NCBI GenBank assembly: GCA_964016885.1
Contig: OZ024746.1
Location: forward strand, 41,974,001 to 42,038,000
DNA: 64,000 nt
Reading direction: 5' to 3'
Source of the DNA: Eledone cirrhosa
Taxonomy: Eukaryota
The position numbers and the translations under genes are program-made. The notes beneath the pieces are model-generated. The model was not told the origin of the DNA and made no database searches. It saw only the letters and a program-made list of their open reading frames with translations. This document shows, in pieces, positions 27,690-40,909 of this stretch (positions are counted from its first letter, which is position 1; the number at the start of each line of letters is the position of its first letter).

Positions 27690-28748
27690 TTAAACAACAG
27701 TCAGTGATATGTTATGTCTCATTTAACGACAGGATACATTAGGTAATGCAATCTTCTATAATATTAAAACAACAGGACGATCATTGGTGGAAAGACTTTG
27801 ACCAAAGGTTTGTTCAGTCAGGGTCACACTGGGGCCAAACAACAACAACAACAATCAGCGATACGATACAATGCTTTGACTCTCAGACAAAAGAAACTAA
27901 CATCATATTGACTCTGCTGTGACTCTTTTTCCTTGGTAACATCAGTAACTAGACTGGAAGTTTATTATGCAAGAAATATTATTTACTATTGAATTATTTG
28001 AAGTAATTCAAATCCAGTAATGTCTTTTGAGGATTCTAAATAAATTATTATGAAATTCAGTTCTCAAGTGAACCTAACTTATTCAAGTCATTTTATACAT
28101 TTAAGCTAAATGCCATGGAATAGCTAATCAATCAGATGAAGCTGTACACGGAAAATTTGCTTTTCTTGCCATATGAAAAGAGATAATAATGCATACATAC
28201 AAGTGTGTATGCATATATACACACAAGTGTGTATGCATATATATATATACATACTCCAACACACATACATATATGATACATTATAATATATATATATATG
28301 AAGAAGGAGAGAAAGAGAGAAATAGATGACAGGAAAAAAGGAGAGAACATTCAAGATCGTTTTGATCTTTATATTTCAGAAATTTTATTGAAGATCTATA
28401 GTCTGATTATTATGAATAAAACCTAGTTTTCATGAAATTTTGCAGCAACAAAAGAGCAAGGCTACTTTTTGACTAAGTCATTATAAAATCGAAAAGTAAT
28501 TGATAGATAAATAGAGTAGGTTGATGATATGAAAGGCATCCAGACATAGAAAACTTTCCAAACAAAGGTTTGAGAGGATTCTTCAGTTGTGCCATAGATT
28601 CACTAGTGTTAGTGCTATGATAAAATTATACCAGTGCACTCTGTAAAATGTGGGAATATATGTAAGTGAGATGTGGTCACCAGTTGGTCAAAGGTCTTCG
28701 ATTAAGTAGTAATTTGGTCTGTGAAATTAGGTAGATAAAAACTATAAG

Positions 28749-28988
28749 ATCAAACCATGTCACATTAAGTCATACAGTTTCGACCTGAGAATTACATTAA
28801 TGATGTATACATCGGGGGTTATTCAGCCATTTACTCATTGATTTAATGACTAGATATTTCTGGATATCAAACCATGTCACATTAAGTCATACAGTTTCGA
28901 CCTGAGAATTACATTAATGATGTATACATCAGGGGTTATTCAGCCATTTACTCATTGATTTAATGACTAGATATTTCTGGATATCAAA
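28749..28988. repeat. 117-bp tandem duplication
   Basis: Units start ATCAAACCATGTCACATTAAG at 28749 and 28866; one G/A difference seen; ATCAAA recurs at 28983. Confidence 0.93.
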
Positions 28989-29934
28989 AAACCAAAGGCT
29001 TCTCAGTGAAACTGACTGAAAATACATAAGCTTATGCTGTTAATAAGGTAGCCTCTTTCATTTGAAAACACAATATATGGAATATATTTGATTAGTCATC
29101 ATTTATTTTTGAAAATAGCAAAACCTCTCCAATATTTATACGGCCAGGCTAAAATTAGGACCTAATCCTGAAGTTCCCATGAGATACTGAGAAGGATTTT
29201 TATCTAGAATTTTATAATATAGTTAGAAGTATGAATTATTCAATCAATCACCTTCAACCATGAACTAACAAATATCATTTTCAATATATTCATTGGTGTG
29301 TTGTTGTTGTTATCAAGATCATATTCTTATTTTTGACTTCTTCACCACTTATATCATAATCTCACCTCTCATATTCATCCATATTTTCATCATTACATTC
29401 ACTTTAATTGCAACCCAAGTAAAAGTGCATCTACATGGTAGCTCAACCTGCTTGAAATATCAACCAAATTCCCTCAAATCACTTCCTATTGTTTTGACAA
29501 ATAAAGGGTACAGTAGTCTTAGCTATACAAGAAATATTGTTTCATCTAGAATTTGACCATAGGTCTGCTCAATCTGGACTAATCTGGACATAAAACAACA
29601 ACAACAGGATCAGCATCATCATCACAATCTTCATAAATGAATATTTTAGAGCCTTCACTTGTCTATAAAGTTATGAGAGAACATTATGGAATGAGAGATT
29701 TAAACTATCATATTGCTGAATGTGCAAAAAAAAAAAAAAGAAAATGAATACTAATACAACTTGCATGAATTCTATAACTTAATATTGGTGAAAAACCTGT
29801 CTTCGGCAAAAGAATATTAAATATTATAAATGTGCATATTGTATATTAATATTATATGTACACACACAGACACACACACAATCATATATAGATATATATA
29901 TATAATATTATGTAAATATATACACTCATACACT

Positions 29935-29993
<59 letters not shown>

Positions 29994-30419
29994 TTACATG
30001 CATGAGTATATACTGGTACAATTTACTGATGTGAATATATGTATGCGTGCATGTATATATGTAAGTATGTATGTAAATATATTTATATATGTGTTTGCCC
30101 GTGAATGTGTGCAACCACCTCAAACAAATAAATGTATATGCATAGATATGGTATATGTATCTGTGTGTGTAACTGGTGGGGGTAAATACACACCCATACA
30201 CACTGCATGAATAATTTATATATTATTGTTACAAATTACAAGATTAGCAAGTCACAGGGGACCAGTTTAAACATAATACTACCATTTTTCCGAATAACAT
30301 TAAATATGCATTCCCTAACGGCTGTATTCCATCAACAGTTACCTTCACTAACATAAATGCACATACGCATACAATCACAAAAAGTATGAATACGCAAACT
30401 TATTCATTTTATCTCTTTC

Positions 30420-30430
30420 TCTCTCCCCCC

Positions 30431-30464
<34 letters not shown>

Positions 30465-30513
30465 TACATATATATATATAATATATTACATATATATGTA
30501 TATATATAATATA

Positions 30514-30548
<35 letters not shown>

Positions 30549-30762
30549 TACACATATATATATATATATATAATATTACATATATATATGTAATATATTA
30601 TATATATATATGTAATATATTACATATATATATACATATATGTAATATATTACATATCTATAAATATATATATATATATTTATATAAATATATATATATA
30701 TATATTTATATAAATATATATATATATATATATATTTATATAAATATATATATATATATATA

Positions 30763-30827
<65 letters not shown>

Positions 30828-31002
30828 ATTTATATATATGTAATATATTACATATATATATATTTATTTATATATATATATATTTATATATTTGTAATAT
30901 ATTACATATATATATATATTTATATATATATGTAATATATTACATATATATATATATATGTAATATATTACATATATATATACATTTATATGTGTAATTT
31001 AT

Positions 31003-31034
<32 letters not shown>

Positions 31035-31535
31035 TTATATATATGTAATATATTACATATATATATATATACATTTATATATGTGTAATTTATAATATAT
31101 ATAATATATATATATTTATATATATGTATTATATTACATATATATATATACATTTATATGTGTAATTTATAATATATATATAATATATATATATACATTT
31201 ATATGTGTAATTTATAATATATATATATATATATATACATTTATATATGTGTAATATATATGTAATATATTTATAATATATAATATATATTTATAATATA
31301 TAATATATATATTTATATATATGTAATATATTACATGTATATATATATATATTTATATATATTTATTATATTACATATATATATACATTTATATATGTAT
31401 TATATTACATATATATATACATTTATATATATATATTTATATATATGTAATATATTACATATATATATATTTATATATATTTATATATATGTATTATATT
31501 ACATATATATATACATTTATATATGTGTATTTTAT

Positions 31536-31617
<82 letters not shown>

Positions 31618-31990
31618 GAATATGATATATATATATAACAAAGGATATGTGGTAAGGAACCAGATGGACCATAGCGCACCAAAGTACTTAGGGTAGTAGA
31701 GTGGGTAATAGGAACGAGTAGGACCTCGACGGCTAATTCTGGACAGAATTAGCCGTCGAAACGGCTTGAGCTCAGCCGTCGGGGTCCTACTCGTTCCTAT
31801 ATATATATATATATATAATATGTATGATATATATATATAATATATTATATGTATATATATATATAATATATTATAGGTATATATATATATAATATATTAT
31901 ATGTATATATATATATATAATATATTATATGTATATATATATATAATATATTATATGTATATATATATATATATATATAAATATAAATAT
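30420..31990. repeat. About 1.5-kb compound (TA)n satellite with TAATATATTACA variants, interrupted by a 160-bp island
   Basis: Almost only A/T except 31638-31800. Confidence 0.95.
31708..31800 (+). ncRNA. Three-way-junction fold resembling a hammerhead ribozyme without its CUGANGA box
   Basis: Stem I 31708-31727/31781-31800 (20 bp, one G.U). Stem II 31728-31740/31745-31757 (13 bp). GAAA at 31758-31761. Stem III ACGGCT/AGCCGT, then C (GUC triplet). Confidence 0.5.
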
Positions 31991-33605
31991 ATGTGCATTT
32001 ATACAAAGATACTCACATGTTAACATTCACAAGTAGTATAAACAGACAAACCTATAAATACATATTCACACTGATAGACTGCAAAATTGTTATTTTGTTT
32101 GTTTGTTTCATTGTTTCTTTTTTCCTATTCCTCTACATGTATTGATAATTTGTTAATGTTAGTGGACTGTTTATCTTTCAAACTAAGCTGTCTCTCCTAA
32201 TATGAAATGGACATTGCATGAAATGACTGTATTTCTAATTTTAACAGTAGTTTTAATCCTGTCTTATCTCTAACTTCCAATATTATATATTATCACACAC
32301 ATGCACACACACACATATATATATATATATAGTTAATAAAGGAAACAAAACAAACACAAGGATGCAAAAATATACAGTTATATACATATATATATATGTC
32401 AGCTTAACTGTAGAAGGCACATAAACAAAAGATGTCGACTGTGTTGTGGTATTAGTAGTTGTTGTTGTTATTGTCTTCTTTGTTTCTCCTAATAGAGAAT
32501 ATTATTGTATTGCATGTTACATCATTGTTACATGTGACTCTGCTTTGTATTGTTAAATTGTTGTAGTGGTTCCTTGGTAAATTGCACCTGGTAAATGCTT
32601 CAAGATGTTCGGTAATAGGTAAAGCATCCATCTATAGAATCATGCGAGAATCAATATATGAGCAAGGCATTGTTATCTGACCCGTCTAGACATAAAACTT
32701 GTCAACCTGTCTAAACCATCCAAAGCATGTAATATAGATGTAAAATGATGATGATGATGATTTACATATACAAACATGAGGATCGCAGCGTCTTCACAGA
32801 TGATTGCCATCTCCTATGGATTCTTCATTGTCATCCCATTGTAGATGACTTTGTAGACCAGCTGTAGATCTGCATGGTTTACAACAGGTGACAGAAGAGA
32901 GTTGTGTTTTCCACAGGACCAGTGAGGTCACCCTGTAAGACACAATCTTTTTGCACCACACACATGCATACCATATTTCCAAGCATCAAAGACGCTTCAT
33001 CCTCGAAGACACGACCTAATTTTGACAACCAAACATTTGAAAAAAATAATAATAAACATAAAAAATGCAACCTTTGGCCTCCAGGATGCATGGTAGATTT
33101 TTCAAGATTTATTTTAGGAAAAAAGTAGCATCTTTGACGCCGGGAAACATATACATATATATATATATATGTGAATATGTTGTTGAAGACAGTTTGGTAG
33201 CGTAGAGGAGTATGTATTCTTTCATGTAATAAATGCAATCCCATCAAACATTTGCCATTAATATAATGCGTCATTAAAAACAAAACTGAAAAACTGACCT
33301 TTTCTTTAAATGCAAAAAAAGATGCACATACCTAAAGATGATTGTAGCAGTAATCAAAGAGTAAAATTCAACTAGTAAATAGTTTATGATTACGTAATAA
33401 GAAAAAACTAGAGTTAGGTATTGTAGGCTGCAGAACTATCGAACGAATGTCCAGTGGATTTTTAATTTGAATCAAGACCTGTGCTAATACTGTAAAAATG
33501 CTTCAGAAGATATTTCAACTAGTTACATGAAGGGAATAGACAGTTAGTGGGATGTCATAACTACTCATATTTCAATATGAAACAATGAGAAATATGCTGA
33601 TGTAC

Positions 33606-33683
33606 CTTCCATAATCAACCATCAAAAATACGTAGCAAATAAGAATATCAGCAGCCCAGTAGATTCCACCCTTGATAAAATTG
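33606..33683 (-). other. Candidate exon relic
   Basis: Acceptor gttcatgtttatAG, donor AAG|GTACAT; frames NFIKGGIYWAADILICYVFLMVDYG (open) or ILSRVESTGLLIFLFATYF*WLIME. Confidence 0.3.
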
Positions 33684-33881
33684 CTATAAACATGAACTAC
33701 TATAAAAAAAAAAGCATAATTATAACACAGAAATAGGCCTGCAACCATTACATATATAGTTTTAGGAATAAATAGAAATAAAGGACTAAAAGGGCTCAAA
33801 ACATAGCTCATTTAAGGAGAACATCATTCTTTACATCATCAAGTCATTAAATGAAAGTACAATTATGATGACATGATTGAA

Positions 33882-34082
33882 TCTTTAGCATTTAAACCTG
33901 CCGTATCTGGACAGAATTCTCTCACCTCATTCTGTTCAAATTGGTTGTAATCAGCTGCTCATACTGATGTTAAATTATTGTTCTCAAAATAAATAATATC
34001 AAAATATCATATTCGATATTATGAGATAAAGCCTTTACCATGAAAATATAATAGTAAATATAGTAATGTAAATGCTAAAGGG
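33882..34082 (-). mobile_element. piggyBac-type MITE, reverse orientation, one end decayed
   Basis: CTTTAGCATTTAAAC ... TAAATGCTAAAGGG-TTAA; the interior is the reverse complement of 19932-20135. Confidence 0.85.
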
Positions 34083-34949
34083 TTAAGTAGTAAAACCTAC
34101 TGGCTTGATGTTACCCTTGGATCAATCAAGTTGCTATAGATTATCTAACACAAACTGAACCTTCCATTTTTTTATCATTATGTGTCGTACAATGGCAATG
34201 ACAATTCATCAACAGATGGGTATAACAGAAATTTGTCAAGATGATCACATGCAACTAAAATGAATTACTTCTCTCAAAATGGAACATTATCAAACTCATG
34301 AAAAATATCAGACAATTGGATGATATCTTTAAATAAAAAGTAATGAATCTATGAACCAATAACTATATCTTTATGGTAGACTATTCAAAATCTATGAGTA
34401 CTTCCAGTGCCTGACACTCCCCAGTAAACTAATTTTCTTTAAACACAAGCTACCAGCCAAACAAAGCTTTGTTATTGTAAGAAATTACAAGAATATATAA
34501 TTGTTTCTACTTTAGGCACAAGGCCAGCAATTACCCAGTGCATTACTGGTACTTTATTTTATCGACCCCATAAGGATGAAAGGCAAAGTCAACCTCGAAA
34601 CTGTTAGTTTGCATCAAACCCCAAAGTTTTATACCTCAAAATGAAAGGCTATGCCGTCAAGAAGGTAATGTTTCTCCCCAGAATGATTTGGAACCTTTCT
34701 GGGTAGGTACATATGGAAGGAATATAGGCAGCACAACTATGACACATTATAGTTATATGAACTATGGAGTGAGTACTATTCAAAGCTTTTTCATTCAAAT
34801 ATTTGACATTAGCAGGGAATTCTCCTGACAACTATTTCAAAACTACCAAATGGAAGAATCATCGAGAACCAAGTATTGGTATCAGAAACTCATGTTCTGC
34901 AGGAAAGCTCTTGCCAACCAGTTAAAATAAACAAAAACAAAAAGCACAT

Positions 34950-37456
34950 ACAATATTTTACTCAACGCCTACGACAGTAAAGAAGAACAGATAGAGACAT
35001 TTAACGTAGAAGAGAACTGGGAGTTCCTAAAAAATAACTTACTAGAGGCGACGGATGAGGTTTGTGGCTGGAGTAAGACCTCAAGCAGGAGGAGAGTGAC
35101 TTGGTGGTGGAACAATAAGGTAGATGAAGCAGTCAAGGCCAAGAGACAGGCATGGAAAGAATGGAAGAACGGGGGGAGCAGGGTACATTACATAGAGACC
35201 AAGAGGGAAGCTAGGCGACAATATACTTAGCTAGGAGGGAAGCAGAGGATAGAAAATTCAAGCATGTTTTACAACGTGAGGACCAGAAACAGGAGGTATT
35301 CAAGATTGCGAGGCAGTGTGTCAGAGATAATTGTGATGTCATTGGAGAGAAGTGTATCCGGAATGATAAAGGTGAGCTTGCCCTCACAAGTGCTGAGAAG
35401 AAAGATGCATGGAAGAGTCATTATGATAGATTACTAAATGAGGAGAATGCATGGGAAGAAGAGACCCTACCCCACATAGACCCTATAGAGGGACCAGCAG
35501 TACAAGTCAGCGGCAGCGTAGTAAGTAAGGCAATCAGAGATATGAAGATAGGGAAGGCAACCGGTCCATCAGGTATAGCTGCCAAGATGCTGAAGGCATC
35601 TGGGTCTGTAGGTCACACTATAACCACACGTATCGTTAACCAGGTAATACTAGAGGGGGCCATACCAAAAGATTGGTGCAGTAGCATCATTGTCAACTGC
35701 TACAAAGGTAAAGGCGATGCACTAGATAGAGGAAACTATAGAGGTATAAAGTTGATGGACCAGGTCATGAAAGTAACAGAAAGAGTTATAGCACAGCTGA
35801 TTAGGGACCGGGTGAATATAGACGAGATGCAATTTGGGTTTGTACCAGGGAAAGGCACCACTGATGCCCTCTTCCTTGTGAGGCAATTACAGGAAAAGTA
35901 CCTAGCTAAAAGTAAGCCACTCTACTTGGCATTTGTCGACCTTGAGAAAGCCTTTGACAGAGTTCCACGTGCAGTAATCTGGTGGGCTCTTAGAAAACTA
36001 GGAGTAGATGAATGGCTTGTGAAAGCGGTACAAGCCATGTATAGGGGAGCAGTCAGCAAAGTTAGGATTGGCAATGAGTATAGCGAGGAATTTAGCGTAC
36101 AGGTTGGGGTCCACCAGGGCTCTGTTCTTAGCCTTCTCCTGTTCATCATAGTCCTGCAGGCAATAACGGAGGAGTTTAAGACCGGATGCCCATGGGAACT
36201 CCTGTATGCTGATGACCTCGCACTCATAGCTGAATCTATGGTAGAACTAGAGAATAAATTCCAAACCTGGAAGCAGGGACTAGAGAGAAAGGGCCTCAAA
36301 GTCAACATGACAAAGACTAAGGTCCTTATAAGTAGACGAGAAAACAGAACCCACATCCCCTCAGGGAAATGGCCTTGCTCAGTATGTAGGAAAGGTGTAG
36401 GTAGGAACTCCATTCTCTGCCCCAAATGCAAACAATGGGTACACAAGAGATGTAGCGGGATCTCAGGAAGCTTAATTAAGAATGTAGGATTCACATGCAG
36501 CAGCTGTGCTGAAACAGCAAGCAAACAGCCACAGGAAACAAGTACCACCAATCTCTGGGAGGGCCCTGTAGAAACAGTAGACAGCTTCTGCTACCTAGGT
36601 GACCGAATTAGCAACGGAGGTGGGTGCTCAGAAAGTACAATAACTAGGGTAAGAACGGGATGGAAGAAGTTTAGGGAACTACTACCACTGCTAGCTGCAA
36701 AAGGCTTCTCCCTCAGAATGAAAGGCAGACTGTATGATGCGTATATCCGAACAGCGATGTTGCATGGTAGTGAGACCTGGGCGCTGAAGGTGGAAGACTT
36801 ACGTAGATTAGAGAGAAACGAAGCCTGCATGCTCCGATGGATGTGTAACAGTAATATACGTGAACGACAAAGCATAAAGGAATTGAGAGAGAGACTGAGC
36901 ATAAGAGGAATCAAATGCTGCGTGCAGGAGAGGCTGTTACGCTGGTATGGACATGTGATGCGTATGAAGGATGACAGCTGCATAAAAAGGTGCAGAGCAC
37001 TAGAAGTTGATGGAAACCGCGGGTGGGGAGACCCAAGATGACTTGGGATGAGGTGATAAAAGCCGACCTTACCCAACTACACCTCTCAAAGTCAATGACA
37101 CACGACCGTGACTTCTGGCGTCACGCAGTAATACAGGGTACCCGACCTCCCATGGGTACATGCTGAAGCATATAAACAATATGCCCCCCCCACCCCCCCA
37201 CCGCAAGGTGCCACGGCAAAAAAGCACCCAGCCCACACTGTAAAGTGGACATGTAGGCGCCACGAAAAAGCACCCAGCACTCACTGTAAATGAGGTTGGT
37301 GTTAGGAAGGGCATCCAGCTGTAGAAATCAAGCCAGATCAGTTCCTGTATGAGCAAGGCATGGTCAGCTGACCAGACACTGCCCACAACAGGACAACCCG
37401 TCTAACCCATGCTAGCGTGGAAGAACGGACGTAAAACGGTGATGATGATGATGATG
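34950..37456 (+). mobile_element. 5'-truncated RTE-clade LINE with PHD finger, 3' UTR and (GAT)n tail
   Basis: Linker motif TWWWNNKVDEAVKAKRQAWKEW. RT motifs QFGFVPGKGTTDA, LAFVDLEKAFDRV, GVHQGSVLS, LLYADDL, FCYLG, LHGSETW, RLLRWYGHV. Frameshifts near 35220 and 37025. No APE domain present. Confidence 0.95.
35542..37041 (+). CDS. RTE reverse transcriptase with internal C4HC3 PHD-like finger (frame stays open upstream to about 35221)
   Basis: 499-aa ORF with YADD; CSVC-x10-CPKC-x4-HKRC-x14-CSSC at 36376-36507. Confidence 0.9.
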   Translation: MKIGKATGPSGIAAKMLKASGSVGHTITTRIVNQVILEGAIPKDWCSSIIVNCYKGKGDALDRGNYRGIKLMDQVMKVTERVIAQLIRDRVNIDEMQFGFVPGKGTTDALFLVRQLQEKYLAKSKPLYLAFVDLEKAFDRVPRAVIWWALRKLGVDEWLVKAVQAMYRGAVSKVRIGNEYSEEFSVQVGVHQGSVLSLLLFIIVLQAITEEFKTGCPWELLYADDLALIAESMVELENKFQTWKQGLERKGLKVNMTKTKVLISRRENRTHIPSGKWPCSVCRKGVGRNSILCPKCKQWVHKRCSGISGSLIKNVGFTCSSCAETASKQPQETSTTNLWEGPVETVDSFCYLGDRISNGGGCSESTITRVRTGWKKFRELLPLLAAKGFSLRMKGRLYDAYIRTAMLHGSETWALKVEDLRRLERNEACMLRWMCNSNIRERQSIKELRERLSIRGIKCCVQERLLRWYGHVMRMKDDSCIKRCRALEVDGNRGWGDPR

Positions 37457-38360
37457 AATGGCAGAGAGTTGCATGAAAAACACAGATCGATGTGGCACAT
37501 ATGGTCTAAAACTACTTACTCTTACAGTTTTTTGTGGTTGTCTCACAAAGAAGAGAGTATCTGTACTAAACCAAACTATATCTTATTTAATTTGTCTCCT
37601 TCCATAATTAGTTGTGCTAGAACTCTTCCTGTCACTTACATAAATTGGTCCATTATTTTTATGCCCCAGTGGTTGCTCCTATATATATATATAAACACAG
37701 CTTGTTTGTTTTTTAAACGAACTTGAAGTATGCAAAATCACTTTAATGCCTCTTGAAAAACTATTATTGAATATTCATTTTGTGTGAATAATGCGCTATA
37801 ATGCATGTGGTTTTTAATTTTTCTATTTATCAGAAATATTAGACTTGAATTACATGAATGTGATTTACATGCCACATTCAAGAATGGATCTTTGTGTAAA
37901 AAGCAAACACTCTCTCTATATATATAAAATATGACCATCACTCACAATTACATATGCCTTTGTAATATGTATCATGCTTTCCTTAAGGGTTTTAGGTGCC
38001 CATACATTTAACAGTATACACAGAAACCCTCTCAATTCTCTTTCCCTTAATCTGCAGAATATCCAGGGCATGCGAGCTGGAAGGAGTGATGGCTACACCA
38101 AACCGAGTTGTTACTTTCTTTATTGACTCTGAAGGGATGAAAGGCAAAGTGCTGCTCATCAGGATTTGAACTTAGAGCCCCAAAAGAACTCTGCTAAACT
38201 GATTTATAAACTCCATATTCCTACATTTTGTAAACAAATAATATTTAGAATATTCTGAAGTGTGTAATAATTTTACTTTTTCAGTTAGTTCAATTGCTGA
38301 AATCAATGATGGCCTTAATATATTTCTGAGAAAGTTTCGCATTTTCCCCTCCCTTTATAC

Positions 38361-38500
38361 CTTCTCACTTTGATTTGATGTTTGATTCTGAAAATAAGAA
38401 GTTCAAGCTCAGATGAGTCTTTCTGAATTATATATACAACACTGGTGATTTCTAAAAGCTTCACATAGCATCCAAAATTGGAGCAGTTCATTAAATGGTT
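38361..38500 (-). other. Candidate exon with an RGS-box-like peptide
   Basis: Acceptor atactttcttcAG, donor AAG|GTATAA. Phase 1 gives PFNELLQFWMLCEAFRNHQ (compare the RGS N-L-x-F-W-x-x-C-E-x-F motif) and then a stop. Phase 0 is open but matches nothing I recognise. Confidence 0.45.
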
Positions 38501-39188
38501 CTGAAGAAAGTATTATAGTATTTTCATATGAAAAAAGCTACCATTAAGTTTTGTTTACTACATGGTCTACATTGGTAAAGGAATGATATTATCACTGGGT
38601 CATATATAAAACATAATGTCATGAGGAATAAGGTTATAATATCTGTAGCAAATTTAATCTTATCTTCAAAACATTAAAGCTTCCCTTTAGGTATTGCATG
38701 CTTAGAAACCAAATAAGATAATTTTCTTTGAAGTTTTCTGTCTGACTTCATATTTTTACACAATGATAAAATCTATTGGACTGATAACATAAAAGCTGAA
38801 AATAGTAACTTTCAATCTATTGCTACATTTTGCTTTGGGGAAAGCCATCCTCATATTTTATACTGGAGCAAGTAACTTCTCCATAGAGATAAAATTGTGA
38901 ATAGGTTACCATGGAGTAAGAAGTAAGTCTCTTCTACTGGAAAGGTAAAAAGTAATAATAAATAAATAAATAAATACTAATAAAAGAAAGGATTTTACTA
39001 CAGCTATTTATGCTGCTGTTTTTCATGACATGATGATGATGGCCATGATGATGATGATGGTGATGATGATGATGACGAGGTGTATGATACTAATGATGCT
39101 GATGGTGATATTTTAGATGTAATATCCAATAATAAAAATATATCATTGACTTGTTAAGACCTGTTTACTCGTCCTCCTCCCCCACTCC

Positions 39189-39220
<32 letters not shown>

Positions 39221-39266
39221 AGCCAATAAATAATAGGAAAAAAGATTACATTTTCAAGGTTTGTAC

Positions 39267-39398
39267 TTTTTCTTGCACCTCCAGGAGATTTTTCTAACAC
39301 ATCATATTGATGTGTTCCCATGCAAAATAATGGATAAAACTAAACTTTTGAACCACAGGGTAATAGAAAATTATGTTCACAACTTTTCTCAGAGTATA
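39267..39398 (-). other. Candidate exon relic with an in-frame stop
   Basis: Acceptor tattttctcctgaAG; YSEKSCEHNFLLPCGSKV*FYPLFCMGTHQYDVLENLLEVQEK, with TAG at 39342-39340. Confidence 0.3.
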
Positions 39399-39822
39399 CT
39401 TCAGGAGAAAATATACAACAAAAAAAAAACAAAAAAAAAACCACTTTGGGGCTTCATACTTGGACTTCTGTAAAAGCATTAGCCTGCTGTTTTTTCCTGA
39501 AATAATTCCTTAATACCAATATCAGTTGAATTTGCAACGATGCAACTTATATATGATTCTGATAACAAGAGTCAACCAACCAAAACAAAGTTTAGAAATA
39601 CAGAAATCTATATATTTCTACAAACTAAAGTATTTTTAACAATAAGATGCTTCATAAAGTTAGCTTGTTGTGTTCTGTAAATATATTATATTTCCTTTTT
39701 CTATTGTCCTGTATGCATGCATACATACATGTGAATGTGTGTGTCTGTAAATAGATCTATCCATTTATCTATCTGTCTGTTCTGTCTCTGTCTATTTAAC
39801 TATCTATCCATTTCATTCTCTC

Positions 39823-39892
<70 letters not shown>

Positions 39893-40909
39893 CCCCCCCC
39901 TCTCTCTATATATATATATTTATTTAAAAAAAGGGAAAAGAATGACTTCACTTGTAGATGTAAATAATTTGATTTAATTTCATAATATTATGATTTTACA
40001 ATTTGGTTTTGTGTATATATATATATATATATATAAGTTATGTTGAATAGTTTAACTAAAGGGGAGATCTGGTCAATCTGATTAGCAGATCATGATGCAA
40101 TAAGTAAAAGCACTCAACGTTATGCAAATCATCCATGATAGCTGTGATATCTTGTGGTTGTTGTGGGAATTGAGTTAAACACTTGACTGAAAACAGAAGG
40201 CCAGATTCTAAATATTTCTTTAATGTTGCAAAAATCGCAATATATATTTCTATGGCTTGCTTACATCATCAGATCATGACATAAGACTTATGACAACATC
40301 ATCAAGTGTAAATTACAAAGTGAAGTATACAAACAAAACCTAGTAATCTGACTCATTTCAGACATCTAACCTATGAAAGCATAGAAAATTGATGTTAAAT
40401 GGTGATGATGATGATAATGATAATTATTAAATTTATATATATATATAAAGTTATCATCATCATCATCATTTTACGTCTGCTTTTCCTTGTTTGCAAGGGT
40501 GGGACAGGTTATATTAAGCACGGCATCTCTCCATTCGTCATGGTCCATTGTCATTTCCTCCATGAGCTTCAGCGATATGAGGTCTGCTCTCACCATTATA
40601 TATATATATATATGTATAAATACAGTGTGTGCAACTGATGTCGAACCAACATGTATAAATATATAAACGAAAGTGGTTAAAAAGAAAGCAAATGATCGAT
40701 GTGTTCTTTCCTGACTGGTTTAAGGATTGAACACATCAATCCTTTGTTAACCCTAAAATATCATATTGAAATATACTGGGTAAAACATTGCTTTGTTTTG
40801 TTTTATTTGTAATCCATTACCCCTTACATATTTCTACCGCATTTATAAGCTTTCTGAAAGTTATATTCATTTATTACATATCTCACAATGCTTTGTATTA
40901 ACTACATAT

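Noticed and set aside
35922-37076. Minus-strand ORFs of 209 and 161 aa (also 4823-5524)
   Set aside because: Antisense shadows of LINE coding sequence with no independent motifs.
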